A stretch of DNA of 24,000 bases from an uncultured Candidatus Saccharibacteria bacterium (GCA_964535385.1 CAZHSY010000008.1:6474-30473), one strand, 5' to 3'; shown: positions 1 through 8,503, counted from the stretch's first letter. The notes: a model not told the origin generated them from the letters alone. A program made the numbers and translations.

Positions 1-591
1 TGACTCTTCACTAATCAAATACCCATGCTTGCGATTTCGCCAATTCACCAGTACTACCCCACTGATAATTGCCGCTACCAGGCTGATAGTCGCCAGGCTA
101 ACCGCCACGTCTGAGCCGGCACCCCAGCCCAGAGCCTGAAAGGACGGTGCCAGTCCAGCGGCTGTCCCATGACCCCCTTCAAAACCGATCTCGATCAAAG
201 CGCCAGCCAAGGGACTGGTGCCAAAGAAGGGTGTTAAGATCAAAACCGTTAGAGCAATCCCTATCACATATTGCCCCCAAGCCAAGGTGTTACCAAAAGC
301 GATCATCGGGCCAGCCAAGCGCCAGACTTCCTTGCGACTCGGGATGGTCTTGCCTAAAAACAAGCCGGCAAAAACGATATTAATCAAATACTTCGGGAAG
401 GCCTGCCATATATTAGTGATCTCAGCTGGAATCGTGCCAAAGACTTGAGGCCCCAAGAGGAGGCCGCCAACGCCAGCGATCAGAGCACTAGGAATAAAAA
501 GATGCTGGAGGACCTTTGACCCGCGCTTAATAAACCGAGCGAGCGCGATCAGTAGGGCCAAGATGACCAAGCTCTGAGCAAAGATAGGCAT
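1..591 (-). CDS. gltS: sodium/glutamate symporter family protein (GltS-like), first 197 codons; the gene continues past the window start
   Basis: Absent from the ORF track because it runs off the window. My translation from the minus-strand ATG at 591 stays open to position 1: MPIFAQSLVILALLIALARFIKRGSKVLQHLFIPSALIAGVGGLLLGP...LIEIGFEGGHGTAAGLAP... It has several hydrophobic helices plus the IP..GG and GGHGT motifs I recall from E. coli GltS. Confidence 0.6.
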   Translation of the reverse strand, partial: MPIFAQSLVILALLIALARFIKRGSKVLQHLFIPSALIAGVGGLLLGPQVFGTIPAEITNIWQAFPKYLINIVFAGLFLGKTIPSRKEVWRLAGPMIAFGNTLAWGQYVIGIALTVLILTPFFGTSPLAGALIEIGFEGGHGTAAGLAPSFQALGWGAGSDVAVSLATISLVAAIISGVVLVNWRNRKHGYLISEES

Positions 592-725
592 AAGGGCTAT
601 TATAACAAAGTTTATATTTGACTAACGCTCCAAAATAGTACACAATCACACACACTTCCTACCCGTTTATGAGCGTACGATGCCACGATCACCCAGTCCA
701 CTGACAGTCAGCCTGGCTCCCACGC

Positions 726-962
726 ATGATTGCCCTCGTACAGCTCGGGTATCGGCCAACTAACCAGAAAACCTGGCCGTATCGCTGTACTAACTGCCAA
801 GCTACCTCGCGAGACATGCACCTACCGCTCGACCGCCATCATCACGATGACTGTCGCTGGCTCAAGGCCTGGAACAGGGTGCCAGAATTCGTACACCACT
901 TCTTCCTTGAGTGTGGGAAGAGCCTCGACCAAGACAAGCAGTTCGAACTGCGTGAACTCTGA
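726..962 (+). CDS. hypothetical small Cys/His-rich protein (78 aa)
   Basis: ORF-track ORF that ends 14 nt before a plus-strand hairpin and T-tract (976-1010). It has no clear Shine-Dalgarno and overlaps competing ORFs on both strands, so support is weak. Confidence 0.3.
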   Translation: MIALVQLGYRPTNQKTWPYRCTNCQATSRDMHLPLDRHHHDDCRWLKAWNRVPEFVHHFFLECGKSLDQDKQFELREL

Positions 963-975
963 GAGCTACAACCCA

Positions 976-1010
976 AAGACCAGATCCGCAAAGGTCTGGT
1001 CTTCTTCTTT
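976..1010 (+). terminator. rho-independent terminator-like hairpin
   Basis: AAGACCAGA (976-984) pairs with TCTGGTCTT (995-1003) and is followed by CTTCTTT. Confidence 0.55.
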
Positions 1011-1055
1011 GACGGTGATGTGAATCTGGAGTACTGTTCTCCCGACACCCCAACA

Positions 1056-1080
1056 ATGTACCGGGTCACTTTTGAATGAG
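1056..1080. repeat. partial copy (5' block only) of the ~130-nt repeat family
   Basis: ATGTACCGGGTCACTTTTGAATGAG matches the first ~25 nt of the full copies at 1223 and 3288. Confidence 0.55.
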
Positions 1081-1222
1081 TTCCAGGTAGGGTTATCTGC
1101 AAGTAACGGAGTAAGCCGTATATACAATAGCGATGTTAAGTACCACGGCAGAAGCGCCACTTGGGGCCATTCAAGAATGGGCCGCCCGGCGTCCTGCTAC
1201 CTCAGTGTCTGACTACCCCATA

Positions 1223-1352
1223 ATGTACCCGGCCACTCTGAGTAGTGTTGAGTGGTATTTCTCCTTGAGGAGACGGAACCAAGTCATATATATAATTACG
1301 ACGAGTGAGCACCGCAGAGGAAAATGCCGCTCAGTACACTCCAGTGTGGCGG
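1223..1352. repeat. ~130-nt structured repeat, full copy 1
   Basis: Aligns end to end with 3288-3419. Shared blocks are ATGTACCCGGCCA, CTCTGAGTAGTG, ATTTCTCCTyGAGGAGACG, GAGCACCGCAGAGGAAAATG and CGCTCAGTrCACTC. It lies 9 nt beyond the stop of the minus-strand KH gene. Confidence 0.8.
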
Positions 1353-1361
1353 AATTGAGAA

Positions 1362-1868
1362 CTAGATATCCAAATCGAGATCTTCAATGCCTTCTCGGGC
1401 CTTAGTCTTAGCATCTTTTGAGTTATCTGCCTCAGCTTCCATTGCAGTATCGACATCCTCAGCTACCACATCGCCATCAGCTGCAACTGACTCAGCCTCT
1501 TGCTCGGCTTCGGTTATTTCAGCGGCTGGCTCTATCTCTGTCTCTTGTGGAGCTTCGGCCTGGCTTACCTCAGCTGTCTCGGCGGCGTCACTACTGGCAC
1601 TGCCAGCCTCGTTGCCTTCTGGATCGATGATCTTGAGATTCAGCCGTTCATCGGACTTAGCGCCAACCACCCGCAAGAGCGTGCGAATCGCCTTAGCAGT
1701 CGAGCCAGCCTTACCGATAATCTTCCCCATATCATCCGGATGAACCGAAAGTTTCAGGAGTACACCTCGATCATCAATACTTCGCTCGAGCACCACATCA
1801 TCTGGGTGATCGACGAGATTCTTTACTACATACTCTACAAATTGTTGATCTAATGTTACTTCAGTCAT
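1362..1868 (-). CDS. khpA: KH-domain RNA-binding protein (KhpA/YlqC-like) with a long acidic C-terminal extension
   Basis: The N-terminal ~80 aa (VEYVVKNLVDHPDDVVLERSIDDRGVLLKLSVHPDDMGKIIGKAGSTAKAIRTLLRVV) carry the KH GxxG motif (IGKAG). The gene sits immediately downstream of rpsP, as is typical. Strong SD GAAGGAGG precedes the ATG. Confidence 0.8.
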   Translation of the reverse strand: MTEVTLDQQFVEYVVKNLVDHPDDVVLERSIDDRGVLLKLSVHPDDMGKIIGKAGSTAKAIRTLLRVVGAKSDERLNLKIIDPEGNEAGSASSDAAETAEVSQAEAPQETEIEPAAEITEAEQEAESVAADGDVVAEDVDTAMEAEADNSKDAKTKAREGIEDLDLDI

Positions 1869-1978
1869 ATCCGACCTCCTTCAAGCGCGGTAATTAACTC
1901 TCTAGAACACGCTTACCGTTATATTATACATTACCAAAAACTAGTGTTGACCCCTCATCTGCACCGACTGACTTATAC

Positions 1979-2008
1979 AAAAAAGCACTCTGCTTGGGAG
2001 TGCTTTTT
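1979..2008. terminator. bidirectional-type terminator hairpin between rpsP and the KH gene
   Basis: AAAAAA-GCACTC-TGCTTGG-GAGTGC-TTTTT; the A-run and T-run flank a 6-bp GC-rich stem (1985-1990 / 1998-2003). Confidence 0.6.
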
Positions 2009-2030
2009 ATGTAATCCTCTGAAGGATGCT

Positions 2031-2501
2031 TTAGGCTTTTTCAGCTGCTTCGGCAGCATCAGCGGCGGCCTCTTGAGCGCTGGCGTCGGCTTCAGTGGTT
2101 TCGCCGGCGTCAGTCTTAGCATCGACGGCCTTAGCCTCGGCAGCATCACTGACTTCTTGAGCGACTTCGACGGTATCAGCTCCAGCCTCATCAGCAGCTT
2201 CTTGCTCAGTGACTTCTGGCTCCTTCTTCGGCTTGCGATTCTTCTCGGCCAATTTAGCCCACTTTGGCAACTCGATGCCTTCACGAACCATCAAGCGAAG
2301 TACCGTATTAGATGGCTGAGCTCCTTGGCTAACGCGGCGCTCGATGCCTTCCTTATCCATCACCAATTCTTTGGTATGAGGATTATAGCGACCGAGCACT
2401 TCGACGTATCGACCAGTCGGCGTGAACCGCTTCTCGGCAGCCACGATACGATAGGTTGGGTATTTGTTGCGACCACCACGGGCCAGGCGAATAACGAGCA
2501 T
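2031..2501 (-). CDS. rpsP: 30S ribosomal protein S16 with an Ala/Glu-rich C-terminal extension
   Basis: MLVIRLARGGRNKYPTYRIVAAEKRFTPTGRYVEVLGRYNP is the bS16 N-terminus. I start the gene at the internal ATG at 2501, preceded by TAAGGAGAGCA, rather than at the track start 2531. Confidence 0.9.
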   Translation of the reverse strand: MLVIRLARGGRNKYPTYRIVAAEKRFTPTGRYVEVLGRYNPHTKELVMDKEGIERRVSQGAQPSNTVLRLMVREGIELPKWAKLAEKNRKPKKEPEVTEQEAADEAGADTVEVAQEVSDAAEAKAVDAKTDAGETTEADASAQEAAADAAEAAEKA

Positions 2502-2710
2502 TGCTCTCCTTACAGATTTATTACGTATCACGGCTCAAGACCGTGATTTAAAAAGCTGGCAGTTGCCTACCAGAAAAGACTCCTTATTTTAGTAGTAAAT
2601 AGGTTGAATTGTCAAGGTGCTACGGCCTAACCCTCAAAACTCCTCTCAATCCAAGATTTCAGTCTCCTGATTCAGGGTGAGTCTTTTCTCCTTCATCTCC
2701 ATATCTAGAG

Positions 2711-3085
2711 CTATAGAGAGGAAGGAAACAGATCTCGGGCCGGCAGGATATGGAATTGCAGAGGGAGGAGTTTTGAGATACGGGTACTACTCAGGTAACT
2801 ACAGGCTGCTACCGTCTGAGCCGGATGATTGATCGGCGCCAGATTGGCCATTTTGTAATGAATTACCTTGGTTACCACCCTGGGAATTTGGTCGAAAACC
2901 ATTGCTTGGAAAACGCCATTTCGATTCATCGGACTACCCGACTGAGTATCGCTGGCCGACTTCTGATAGGCCACGCCACCCAGAAAACTCCCAACAGCGA
3001 TAATCGCTGCCGTCAAGGCAACCAGCAAATATGGTGTGAGTGTTTTCGTTTGCAGTGGGTTATTCTTCAAAGACTTCGTCTCCAC
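2711..3085 (-). CDS. hypothetical protein with an N-terminal transmembrane anchor (124 aa)
   Basis: GTG start at 3085 preceded by AAGGAGA at 9-nt spacing. The hydrophobic segment LTPYLLVALTAAIIAVGSFLGGV is followed by a polar region. No family recognised. Confidence 0.5.
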   Translation of the reverse strand: METKSLKNNPLQTKTLTPYLLVALTAAIIAVGSFLGGVAYQKSASDTQSGSPMNRNGVFQAMVFDQIPRVVTKVIHYKMANLAPINHPAQTVAACSYLSSTRISKLLPLQFHILPARDLFPSSL

Positions 3086-3157
3086 GTATATCTATCTCCT
3101 TATACATCCCTAAGTATGTCCAGCCAAGCTGTTATTTTCCTGAAAGAGTTTCCATTA

Positions 3158-3195
3158 CTGTCATCCTGTCCGCCAGCCGGTGGACAGGATGACAG
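3158..3195 (-). terminator. 14-bp perfect hairpin downstream of the SMC gene (possible terminator or stabiliser)
   Basis: CTGTCATCCTGTCC (3158-3171) pairs with GGACAGGATGACAG (3182-3195) around a 10-nt loop. There is no strong U-tract on either strand, so the function is uncertain. Confidence 0.35.
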
Positions 3196-3222
3196 CTTTC
3201 CAGCGCCCGGCCACCTCCGGAT

Positions 3223-3246
3223 ATGTACCCGGTCATTCTGAGTGAG
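3223..3246. repeat. partial copy (5' block only) of the ~130-nt repeat family
   Basis: ATGTACCCGGTCATTCTGAGTGAG matches the 5' block of the full copies. Confidence 0.55.
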
Positions 3247-3287
3247 CTAGCTGTGGCGTTCTAGATGAGGAGCGCAAATATCCAAGC

Positions 3288-3419
3288 ATGTACCCGGCCA
3301 TCTCTGAGTAGTGCTGAGTGACATTTCTCCTCGAGGAGACGCAGGCTGAGGCGTATATGAAATACGTCGGGCGAGCACCGCAGAGGAAAATGTCGCTCAG
3401 TGCACTCTAGAGTGGGCGG
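3288..3419. repeat. ~130-nt structured repeat, full copy 2
   Basis: Collinear with 1223-1352. It lies 4 nt beyond the stop codon of the minus-strand SMC gene. Confidence 0.8.
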
Positions 3420-3423
3420 GCCT

Positions 3424-5904
3424 TTATGATTCGACGACCATCTCTTCGGCCTGGCGTAAATCTATAGCCATAACCGTTGAACTCAGCTTCGGGCTACTCG
3501 TCACTCCGAACAACTCATCAGCCTGCAGCATCGTCTCGTGATTGTGGGTGATAACAATCAGCTGTGAGCGTTTCTGCAAGTCTTGTAAAAGCTCAGTAAA
3601 AGCTCGTGAATTAGCATCATCCAGGGCGGCATCGACCTCGTCGAGGACAATGAACGGGCTCGGATTCACATCTATAATCGCGGCTAGCAAGGCAATTGCC
3701 GAGAGAGCCTTCTCACCGCCTGAGAGCGAGCTAAGTTGTTCAACCCGCTTTCCAGGTGGACGAGCTACGATATCAATGCCAAAACTACCATCCTCCTGAG
3801 GGAGCAACTCCAGTGCTGCTGTCCCGCCATGAAAAAGATGTTTGAAATATCGGGCGAAGCCTTGATTAATCTTCTTAAAATTGTCAGTAAAGGTCTTACG
3901 AATCCGTCGCTCCAGCTCCGCCAAAACTTTCTCGAGATCGGTCGCTGCCACCTCGAGATCAGTGGCTTGCGACTCCAGGTACTCCAGACGCTCTCGCAGC
4001 TCGGTGTGAACGCCAACCAGAGCCTCGTCAACGTCGCCGATCACTGCCAACTCAGCTTCAAGTCTCGTAATCAGCACCCGATCCACAGCGTCGGATTTAC
4101 CTGCTGTAATTGTCAGTTGCCACTCACGAGCTTGTTCCTTGAGGGCTTGTCCCTCGGAGGACAGGCGATCGCGACCTTCCTCTAAGCGCCGGCCGGCTTC
4201 AGCGGCTAGACGCAAGGCCTGTCGAGCCTCGACCAACCCAGTCGAGAGTCCTAGCTGCTGGATTGGAGTCTGGGCGGTAGCTGCCTCGGCTAAACTCTGA
4301 CGCTTGGTGCGAATGATATCTTCTAGCTCAGCCTGACGCCGGGAGATTTTTACCTGTTGCTGTTTGAGCACCTCTAGTCTGCCCCGACCACTCTTCGGCA
4401 TGGCTGCCAATTTAGACTCAAGTTCTTTCTTAGTCTTCTCGAGGGCGTTAATGTCCAGCTCAACCGAACGCTGCTTAATAATCTCGGCTGTTTGCTTCTC
4501 AACTACCTCTTCCCGCTTACTCAGCTCGCGAGCGATGCCCTGCTGCAAACGACTAATCTTGGTCGGCAGATCAGACAGATCAGCTTCTGTAGCTAGCTTC
4601 ACCATGCGAATCAGCTTGTGGAGGAGAATCTGCACACGCTCTGATTCCAGGGCTTTTTTCTTCTTAGTATCTGCAGCCTTTGACTCGGTCAGAAGTACCC
4701 GCGCCAGACCGAGAGCCTGCTGCAAGTAGGCATTGCGCTGATTGGCGGTCAGCTTCTGACGTAAGCCAGTTAAGTCAGTATAGAGGGCCGTAATTTTATC
4801 GTTAAATCGCGCAATTTTCTCCTCAAAACCCGCATTTTTCTTCTGTAATTCGGTGAGCTGCTGCTGTAAGCGCTTGAGTTTATTTTGCTCAGCTCGAAGT
4901 GCACGCTCAATATCGGTCGGCTTCTCCTCGGCGCTCGCCGCCACTTCCGCTAACTGTACTTCAGCCTGGATCTGGGCTGACTCTGCTACTACCTGGCGCT
5001 GCTCAGTCTCGAGCTTTTCGAGCTCGGCTACGACCGTCGATTGCTGCTGGCTGGCCTGGCGCTGTGCACGCTCAAAATCCTTAAGGGCAGCTTCTTGAGT
5101 CTGGATCTGAGCACGAGTCTTGGCTTGAGCGGCTTGATTATGTTGGATTTGCTCCTCAAGCACCTGTGAGGCAGTTCGTAAGCGAGCCTGTTCGTGAGAT
5201 AGCCAAGCTTCGCGAGTAGCTCGCAACTGCTCACTAATCTCCTGACGGCGAGCCAGAAGCTTCACCTGTCGCTCTGCTTGCGCCTGCTCCGGTGCCAGAG
5301 CCTGCATTTCAGTTCGCAACTGCGCGGCCTGCGCCCGGGCCTTCTCAAGCTTACGAGTATCCTCGACTCGCTGCAGCTCATAGGCCCGAATACCACTGGC
5401 TTCCTCGAAGAGCAGCTGTCGTTCGCTGGGGCTGGCTATAAGTAGCGAGTCAACCATCCCCTGGCCGACAACCGTATAGCTAGCCGCACCGAAGCCAGCC
5501 TGAGCCAGAATGCGCTGCAAATCCTTCACCCGCACACTGCGGCCACCTAGTGTGTACTCCGAGTCTCCCGAGCGATACAAGCGTCGACTGACGATCAGTT
5601 GTTCGACTCCGAGCTCCGTATCGCTAGCCTTGCCACGCAAGGTCAAAATCACCTCAGCCATACTAGCTCGGGCTCGACCTTTATCCTTACTATCACCACT
5701 GCCCGCATAGATCAGCTCGGTAGCCTTCTGAGCACGGAGCTCCCGAGCGTTTTGAGTGCCCAGTACCCAACGGATCGCCTCAGCAATGTTCGATTTACCA
5801 GATCCGTTTGGCCCAACCACAGCCGAAACCCCCGGCTTGAAGTCCAGCTTCACTCTGGCGCCAAAAGACTTAAAGCCAGCTATTTCCAAGCGGCTGACAT
5901 ACAT
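3424..5904 (-). CDS. smc: SMC-family chromosome-partition ATPase, short form (826 aa) with no recognisable hinge domain
   Basis: The N-terminus is SMC-type (MYVSRLEIAGFKSFG...VVGPNGSGKSNIAEAIRWVLG, Walker A). The C-terminus carries the signature and Walker B motifs (LSGGEKALSAIALL...FIVLDEVDAALD...IVITHN). The middle is heptad-like and Q/E/A/R/L-rich. Confidence 0.8.
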   Translation of the reverse strand: MYVSRLEIAGFKSFGARVKLDFKPGVSAVVGPNGSGKSNIAEAIRWVLGTQNARELRAQKATELIYAGSGDSKDKGRARASMAEVILTLRGKASDTELGVEQLIVSRRLYRSGDSEYTLGGRSVRVKDLQRILAQAGFGAASYTVVGQGMVDSLLIASPSERQLLFEEASGIRAYELQRVEDTRKLEKARAQAAQLRTEMQALAPEQAQAERQVKLLARRQEISEQLRATREAWLSHEQARLRTASQVLEEQIQHNQAAQAKTRAQIQTQEAALKDFERAQRQASQQQSTVVAELEKLETEQRQVVAESAQIQAEVQLAEVAASAEEKPTDIERALRAEQNKLKRLQQQLTELQKKNAGFEEKIARFNDKITALYTDLTGLRQKLTANQRNAYLQQALGLARVLLTESKAADTKKKKALESERVQILLHKLIRMVKLATEADLSDLPTKISRLQQGIARELSKREEVVEKQTAEIIKQRSVELDINALEKTKKELESKLAAMPKSGRGRLEVLKQQQVKISRRQAELEDIIRTKRQSLAEAATAQTPIQQLGLSTGLVEARQALRLAAEAGRRLEEGRDRLSSEGQALKEQAREWQLTITAGKSDAVDRVLITRLEAELAVIGDVDEALVGVHTELRERLEYLESQATDLEVAATDLEKVLAELERRIRKTFTDNFKKINQGFARYFKHLFHGGTAALELLPQEDGSFGIDIVARPPGKRVEQLSSLSGGEKALSAIALLAAIIDVNPSPFIVLDEVDAALDDANSRAFTELLQDLQKRSQLIVITHNHETMLQADELFGVTSSPKLSSTVMAIDLRQAEEMVVES

Positions 5905-6102
5905 GCGAACACTTCACCCTCATTAGTTATGGTTAGTATATATGAGTTAGAAGTTGGGAGCTAGAAACGGCATTAGAAGCTAAAAACTGGGCGTAAGGTA
6001 CGGAAGTAGAAACCAACCTCTAAATACTCACTCCTAATAATGGGATTTTCGTATTGTATTCGGTGTAATTATAAGTAGTTTTTTTATGAAAGAATAAGGG
6101 CG

Positions 6103-6420
6103 ATGAGCAATATGACTTTAACAAAAACTGATCTCGGACAGATACAAGAATTAATCGCATCGGTTTTGGAACCGTTTGCGGCAGCTATGACCGAGACCAT
6201 GGCCAGCAACATTGCCGAGCTGAGATACGAGATGCACCACGAACTCCATAGCTTCCGCCAGGAGTTTCGAGCCCACGTCGAGCGTAATCAGCGAGAGCAC
6301 GAAGAATTCCGAGCTGATCTCAAGCAGCCGTTTCGAGCACATAATGAGTATATCCTAGCCCTTTTTGGAGATCACCAAAAGCTCGAGAAACGAGTGCGCA
6401 AATTAGAAAAAAGAGCTTAG
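6103..6420 (+). CDS. hypothetical coiled-coil protein (105 aa)
   Basis: This is the only sizeable plus-strand ORF here. The sequence is charged and heptad-like (repeated FRQEFRAH / EEFRADL / PFRAH). It converges on rnc with overlapping stop codons. No family recognised. Confidence 0.5.
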   Translation: MSNMTLTKTDLGQIQELIASVLEPFAAAMTETMASNIAELRYEMHHELHSFRQEFRAHVERNQREHEEFRADLKQPFRAHNEYILALFGDHQKLEKRVRKLEKRA

Positions 6421-7142
6421 CTTCTAGTCTTACTGGGCTTGTAAACCTTCAGGGCTTCGGTAGCGGCAGCCTGTTGAGCGGCCTGCTTGGAGTTCCCCTT
6501 ACCTTTGCCACAGAGTCGGTCGCCTAGGTAGGCGCCAATCGTAAAGATCTTCTCGTGGTCAGGGCCTTCTTCGCCGAGTAGCTCGTAGTGTGGCGTGATG
6601 CCTTCCTTCTCTTGAGTCAGTTCCTGGAAGCGACTCTTGGCATCAACCCAGCTGCCGGCTTTCAAGATGCCTTCGAGAGCTGAAATAATATGCTTCTGAA
6701 TGAACCGGGCGGCCACATCATAGCCTTGGTCTAAGTAAAGCGCCCCAATAATTGCCTCGACCATATTGGCGAGCAGCGCCATACGTGTCCGGCCACCCGA
6801 CTTAGCCTCACCCCGACTCATTAGGAGATACTGACCGACTTCCAAGCGCTCAGCCACCTCAGCTAGTGACTCGGTCTTCACCAAGGCACTACGCCAGGCC
6901 GTCATCTCTCCCTCGGGATTATCAAAGTTGCGGAATAAGTAGTCAGTAACGACCAGCTCCAGCACAGCATCACCCAAGAATTCTAAGCGTTCATTGTGCT
7001 TGAGCTCGTGCTTCTTGTGCTCATTTAAGTAACTACGGTGCGTAAAAGCCTCACGATAGAGATCGGCGTTGCCAAACTCAACATCGAGAATCTTCTCAAT
7101 AGTAGCTTGTTCCTTCAGCTGGATTGGGGCTGGATTGTTCAT
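6417..7142 (-). CDS. rnc: ribonuclease III
   Basis: Carries the RNase III signature NERLEFLGDAVLELVVTDYLF and a C-terminal dsRBD (GPDHEKIFTIGAYL...GKGKGNSKQAAQQAAA). Confidence 0.93.
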   Translation of the reverse strand: MNNPAPIQLKEQATIEKILDVEFGNADLYREAFTHRSYLNEHKKHELKHNERLEFLGDAVLELVVTDYLFRNFDNPEGEMTAWRSALVKTESLAEVAERLEVGQYLLMSRGEAKSGGRTRMALLANMVEAIIGALYLDQGYDVAARFIQKHIISALEGILKAGSWVDAKSRFQELTQEKEGITPHYELLGEEGPDHEKIFTIGAYLGDRLCGKGKGNSKQAAQQAAATEALKVYKPSKTRS

Positions 7143-7849
7143 ACGGGTTGCCTATCCTTAATTATAGCAAGAGCCCGCTGCATGAGGGTCTTAAGGTCTT
7201 TGTACTCGAGTACCTGCTCGGCTTTCTTAGCTGGGAACCAACGGGCCGAGACAATCCCCTCTGACTCTTCGACCACCACTTCCTCATCCATATCGAGCGA
7301 TTCGATTAAGAAAATAAAGGTGGTCATAAAGATCAAGCGGCCTTCAAAACGATAGAAGAAATGCACTTTGTCGAGCTTATCGATGATCTCCGTGCGATGC
7401 AGACCCGTCTCCTCACCGATCTCGCGAACAGCCGTCTGCTCAAGCGTTTCGCCGGACTCAACGTGACCCTTTGGTACGCTCCAACGGCCTTTTAAATCTT
7501 CGATCAGCAAGAACTCAAGACCATGTTCGGGGTGATCACGAAAGACGACACCGCCAGCTGAGTATTCACGGACAGCCTTAGTGCCACCGCGACCGCGGCG
7601 TTTCTGGTTCGAATGAGCCTGATTCGGCCGACGTTTATTCGTCAGATGCTTGTGGCTTGGCTGAGCTGGACTCGTCGCTGCTGTCTGGTTCGTCTGAATT
7701 GGCGACACCGCCTGAGCCTGGTTGGTCGATTTCGTCGACTGACTCTTGCTCGGACGGCCGTTGTGACGACGCGGCTTTTTTCGGCGCGGAGTCTGGCTTG
7801 CCTTCTGTGGCCAGCTGTCGCTGGACTTTGTGGTCTTCGGTTGGGTCAT
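7139..7849 (-). CDS. Nudix hydrolase with a basic low-complexity N-terminal region; start codon uncertain
   Basis: The Nudix box GHVESGETLEQTAVREIGEETGL fits GX5EX7REUXEEXGU. Its stop overlaps the rnc start (ATGA). In-frame starts are ATG 7945, 7888 and 7849 and GTG 7708. No start codon exists between the nusB stop (7635) and the Nudix core. Confidence 0.8.
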   Translation of the reverse strand: MTQPKTTKSSDSWPQKASQTPRRKKPRRHNGRPSKSQSTKSTNQAQAVSPIQTNQTAATSPAQPSHKHLTNKRRPNQAHSNQKRRGRGGTKAVREYSAGGVVFRDHPEHGLEFLLIEDLKGRWSVPKGHVESGETLEQTAVREIGEETGLHRTEIIDKLDKVHFFYRFEGRLIFMTTFIFLIESLDMDEEVVVEESEGIVSARWFPAKKAEQVLEYKDLKTLMQRALAIIKDRQPV

Positions 7850-8282
7850 AGAATTTACTCTGTCGATAAATCGTACCGAGTACACCATTGATGAATTTCG
7901 AGGAGTTGTCACCGCCGAAAGCCTTGGCCAACTCGACCGCTTCATTGATAACCACCTTGGGTGGTACCTCTCGCTTAATCATCAGCTCATAGACTGCCAG
8001 ACGCAAGATAGTAAGATCCATCTTGGCAATCTGGTCAATTGGCCATTCTGGAGCAGCCGGGGCTATGAGGTCATCCTCTTGCTTGGCGTGCTTGAGCGTA
8101 CCTTCGATAAGGTCACGCACAAACTCGTCTTCGTTCATACTCTCCTGATACACAGCCAGATTACGTTCGATAATCTGACCCATATCGGTCTTTAAATCCT
8201 CAATATTCGAACTAATTCGAAATTCGTATTCATAGAGCGACTGAAGAGCGATGATACGAGCGAGGTGGCGATTGGATGACAT
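7635..8282 (-). CDS. nusB: transcription antitermination factor NusB with a ~65-aa acidic/Ser-rich C-terminal tail
   Basis: MSSNRHLARIIALQSLYEYEF...ILRLAVYELM...VVINEAVELAKAFGGDNSSKFINGVLG are NusB hallmarks. The frame stays open to TAA at 7635. Confidence 0.85.
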   Translation of the reverse strand: MSSNRHLARIIALQSLYEYEFRISSNIEDLKTDMGQIIERNLAVYQESMNEDEFVRDLIEGTLKHAKQEDDLIAPAAPEWPIDQIAKMDLTILRLAVYELMIKREVPPKVVINEAVELAKAFGGDNSSKFINGVLGTIYRQSKFYDPTEDHKVQRQLATEGKPDSAPKKAASSQRPSEQESVDEIDQPGSGGVANSDEPDSSDESSSAKPQASDE

Positions 8283-8332
8283 ACGGTGTGTGGTGCGATT
8301 TACTTGATTACTTGTTAACGATTAGCTTTATT

Positions 8333-8503
8333 TTACCGGTTTACGCCGATTCGTGCGAGCCCTTGCTTTGCAGCCCGCCAAAACTTACGTGGTACTACGA
8401 GGCCTGACTCTGGCTCGGTGACGAGTTGAGTGGTTTTCAAGCTATCATGCGCGCGACGATTACCCTTGCGAGCTTTCGAGACACGTTTCTTAGGAACAGC
8501 CAT
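8333..8503 (-). CDS. rpmF: 50S ribosomal protein L32
   Basis: Below the ORF-track size cutoff. Minus-strand ATG 8503 to TAA 8333-8335 gives MAVPKKRVSKARKGNRRAHDSLKTTQLVTEPESGLVVPRKFWRAAKQGLARIGVNR (56 aa), which has the bL32 N-terminal signature. Confidence 0.9.
   Translation of the reverse strand: MAVPKKRVSKARKGNRRAHDSLKTTQLVTEPESGLVVPRKFWRAAKQGLARIGVNR

Noticed and set aside
1040-1050. TCCCGACACCC, identical to an arm of double-hairpin module A (9872-9882), as a fourth module copy
   Set aside because: There is no complementary arm and no second hairpin nearby. A single 11-nt match is not enough to call.
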